A stretch of DNA of 64,000 bases from positions 2,450 to 66,449 of the forward strand of contig CAIWCT010000037.1 of NCBI GenBank assembly GCA_903911225.1. Direction: 5' to 3'. The stretch comes from an uncultured delta proteobacterium. GTDB taxonomy: Bacteria > Desulfobacterota > WTBG01 > CAIYCZ01 > CAIRTM01. Shown here piece after piece: positions 63,733 to 64,000 of this stretch. The notes beneath the pieces are model-generated. The model was not told where the DNA came from. It saw only the letters and a list, made by a program, of their open reading frames with translations, and made no database searches. Position 1 is the stretch's first letter; the number at the start of each line of letters is the position of its first letter. The translations under genes and the position numbers were made by a program.

Positions 63733-64000
63733 ATGCGCTATGTCATAGGACTCGTAATATTATTTGCATGGTTGGGGAACGCAAATGCGTTGACGCCTCT
63801 GCCTGATAGCTCTCCCGGCTTCTTTGCAGGCGAATGGGCGGGTACTGGTGAGCACGGAACCTACTGCTATCTTAACCTGAGCGCTGATGGCTGGGGATGG
63901 GTGCTAATCGATAGCGGGTCGGGTGACTGGCTTGGCGCTCGAATGCAATGGCGTAATCGGCAACAGACGCTTCAGATCGAAAAGATCATCCCTTTGCCTG
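63733..64000 (+). CDS. Hypothetical secreted protein (3' end outside the window)
   Basis: ATG at 63733. Signal peptide MRYVIGLVILFAWLGNANA. The frame stays open to the window end. Not in the ORF track because no stop is reached. Confidence 0.4.
   Translation, partial: MRYVIGLVILFAWLGNANALTPLPDSSPGFFAGEWAGTGEHGTYCYLNLSADGWGWVLIDSGSGDWLGARMQWRNRQQTLQIEKIIPLP

Larger units (their letters stand above)
59681..64000 (+). mobile_element. Integron-type gene-cassette array (attC-bounded cassettes; no integrase within the window)
   Basis: There are four attC-like sites, at 60904-60975, 61863-62033, 63107-63164 and 63611-63679, each directly after a stop codon. All ORFs are co-oriented, short, mutually unrelated and AT-richer than the flanking core genes. 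Confidence 0.6.

Overview
This 64-kb chromosomal window probably comes from a deltaproteobacterium of the sulfate-reducer type. That origin is an inference from gene content and repeat families and has not been verified.

**Layout**
- **1 to 47.3 kb: surface-polysaccharide locus.** It is very large and almost entirely on the plus strand.
  - Export and polymerisation: an outer-membrane barrel, a Wza-like exporter, a Wzc-like tyrosine autokinase, a Wzx flippase and a Wzy-like polymerase.
  - Transferases: about ten glycosyltransferases and two phosphoglycosyl transferases.
  - Nucleotide-sugar modules: WbpB/WbpD-like; tandem FdtA-like isomerases with an FdtB-like aminotransferase; a PglC/PglD/PglE-like triad.
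  - Decoration genes: an acyltransferase-ACP-KASIII-SDR module; DUF362, ATP-grasp and AsnB-like genes; a GATase-II::WbuX-type amidotransferase fusion; MBOAT with two SGNH proteins; a SxtJ/SxtK-like pair with a carbamoyltransferase; a membrane-anchored aminotransferase fusion.
- **47.5 kb:** tRNA-Ala(GGC).
- **47.7 to 53.1 kb, minus strand:** an operon of sensor kinase, sigma-54 response regulator, flavin reductase and DUF3108.
- **53.3 to 59.5 kb:** yajC-secD-secF, moeA and aspS.
- **59.7 kb to the window end:** an AT-richer array of small unrelated ORFs separated by attC-like recombination sites. It looks like an integron-type cassette array with no integrase in view. The first two cassettes encode an HNH nuclease and a T5orf172/GIY-YIG-like protein.

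**Most interesting observations**
- The cassette array and its nuclease cassettes.
- The ACP-dependent sugar N-acylation module, which is flanked by a decayed duplicate of the neighbouring gene junction.
- A second, scrambled gene remnant.
- Several unusual domain fusions.
- Simple-sequence tracts and long perfect inverted repeats inside the glycan locus.

All functional calls rest on motif recognition by eye. No database search was run.
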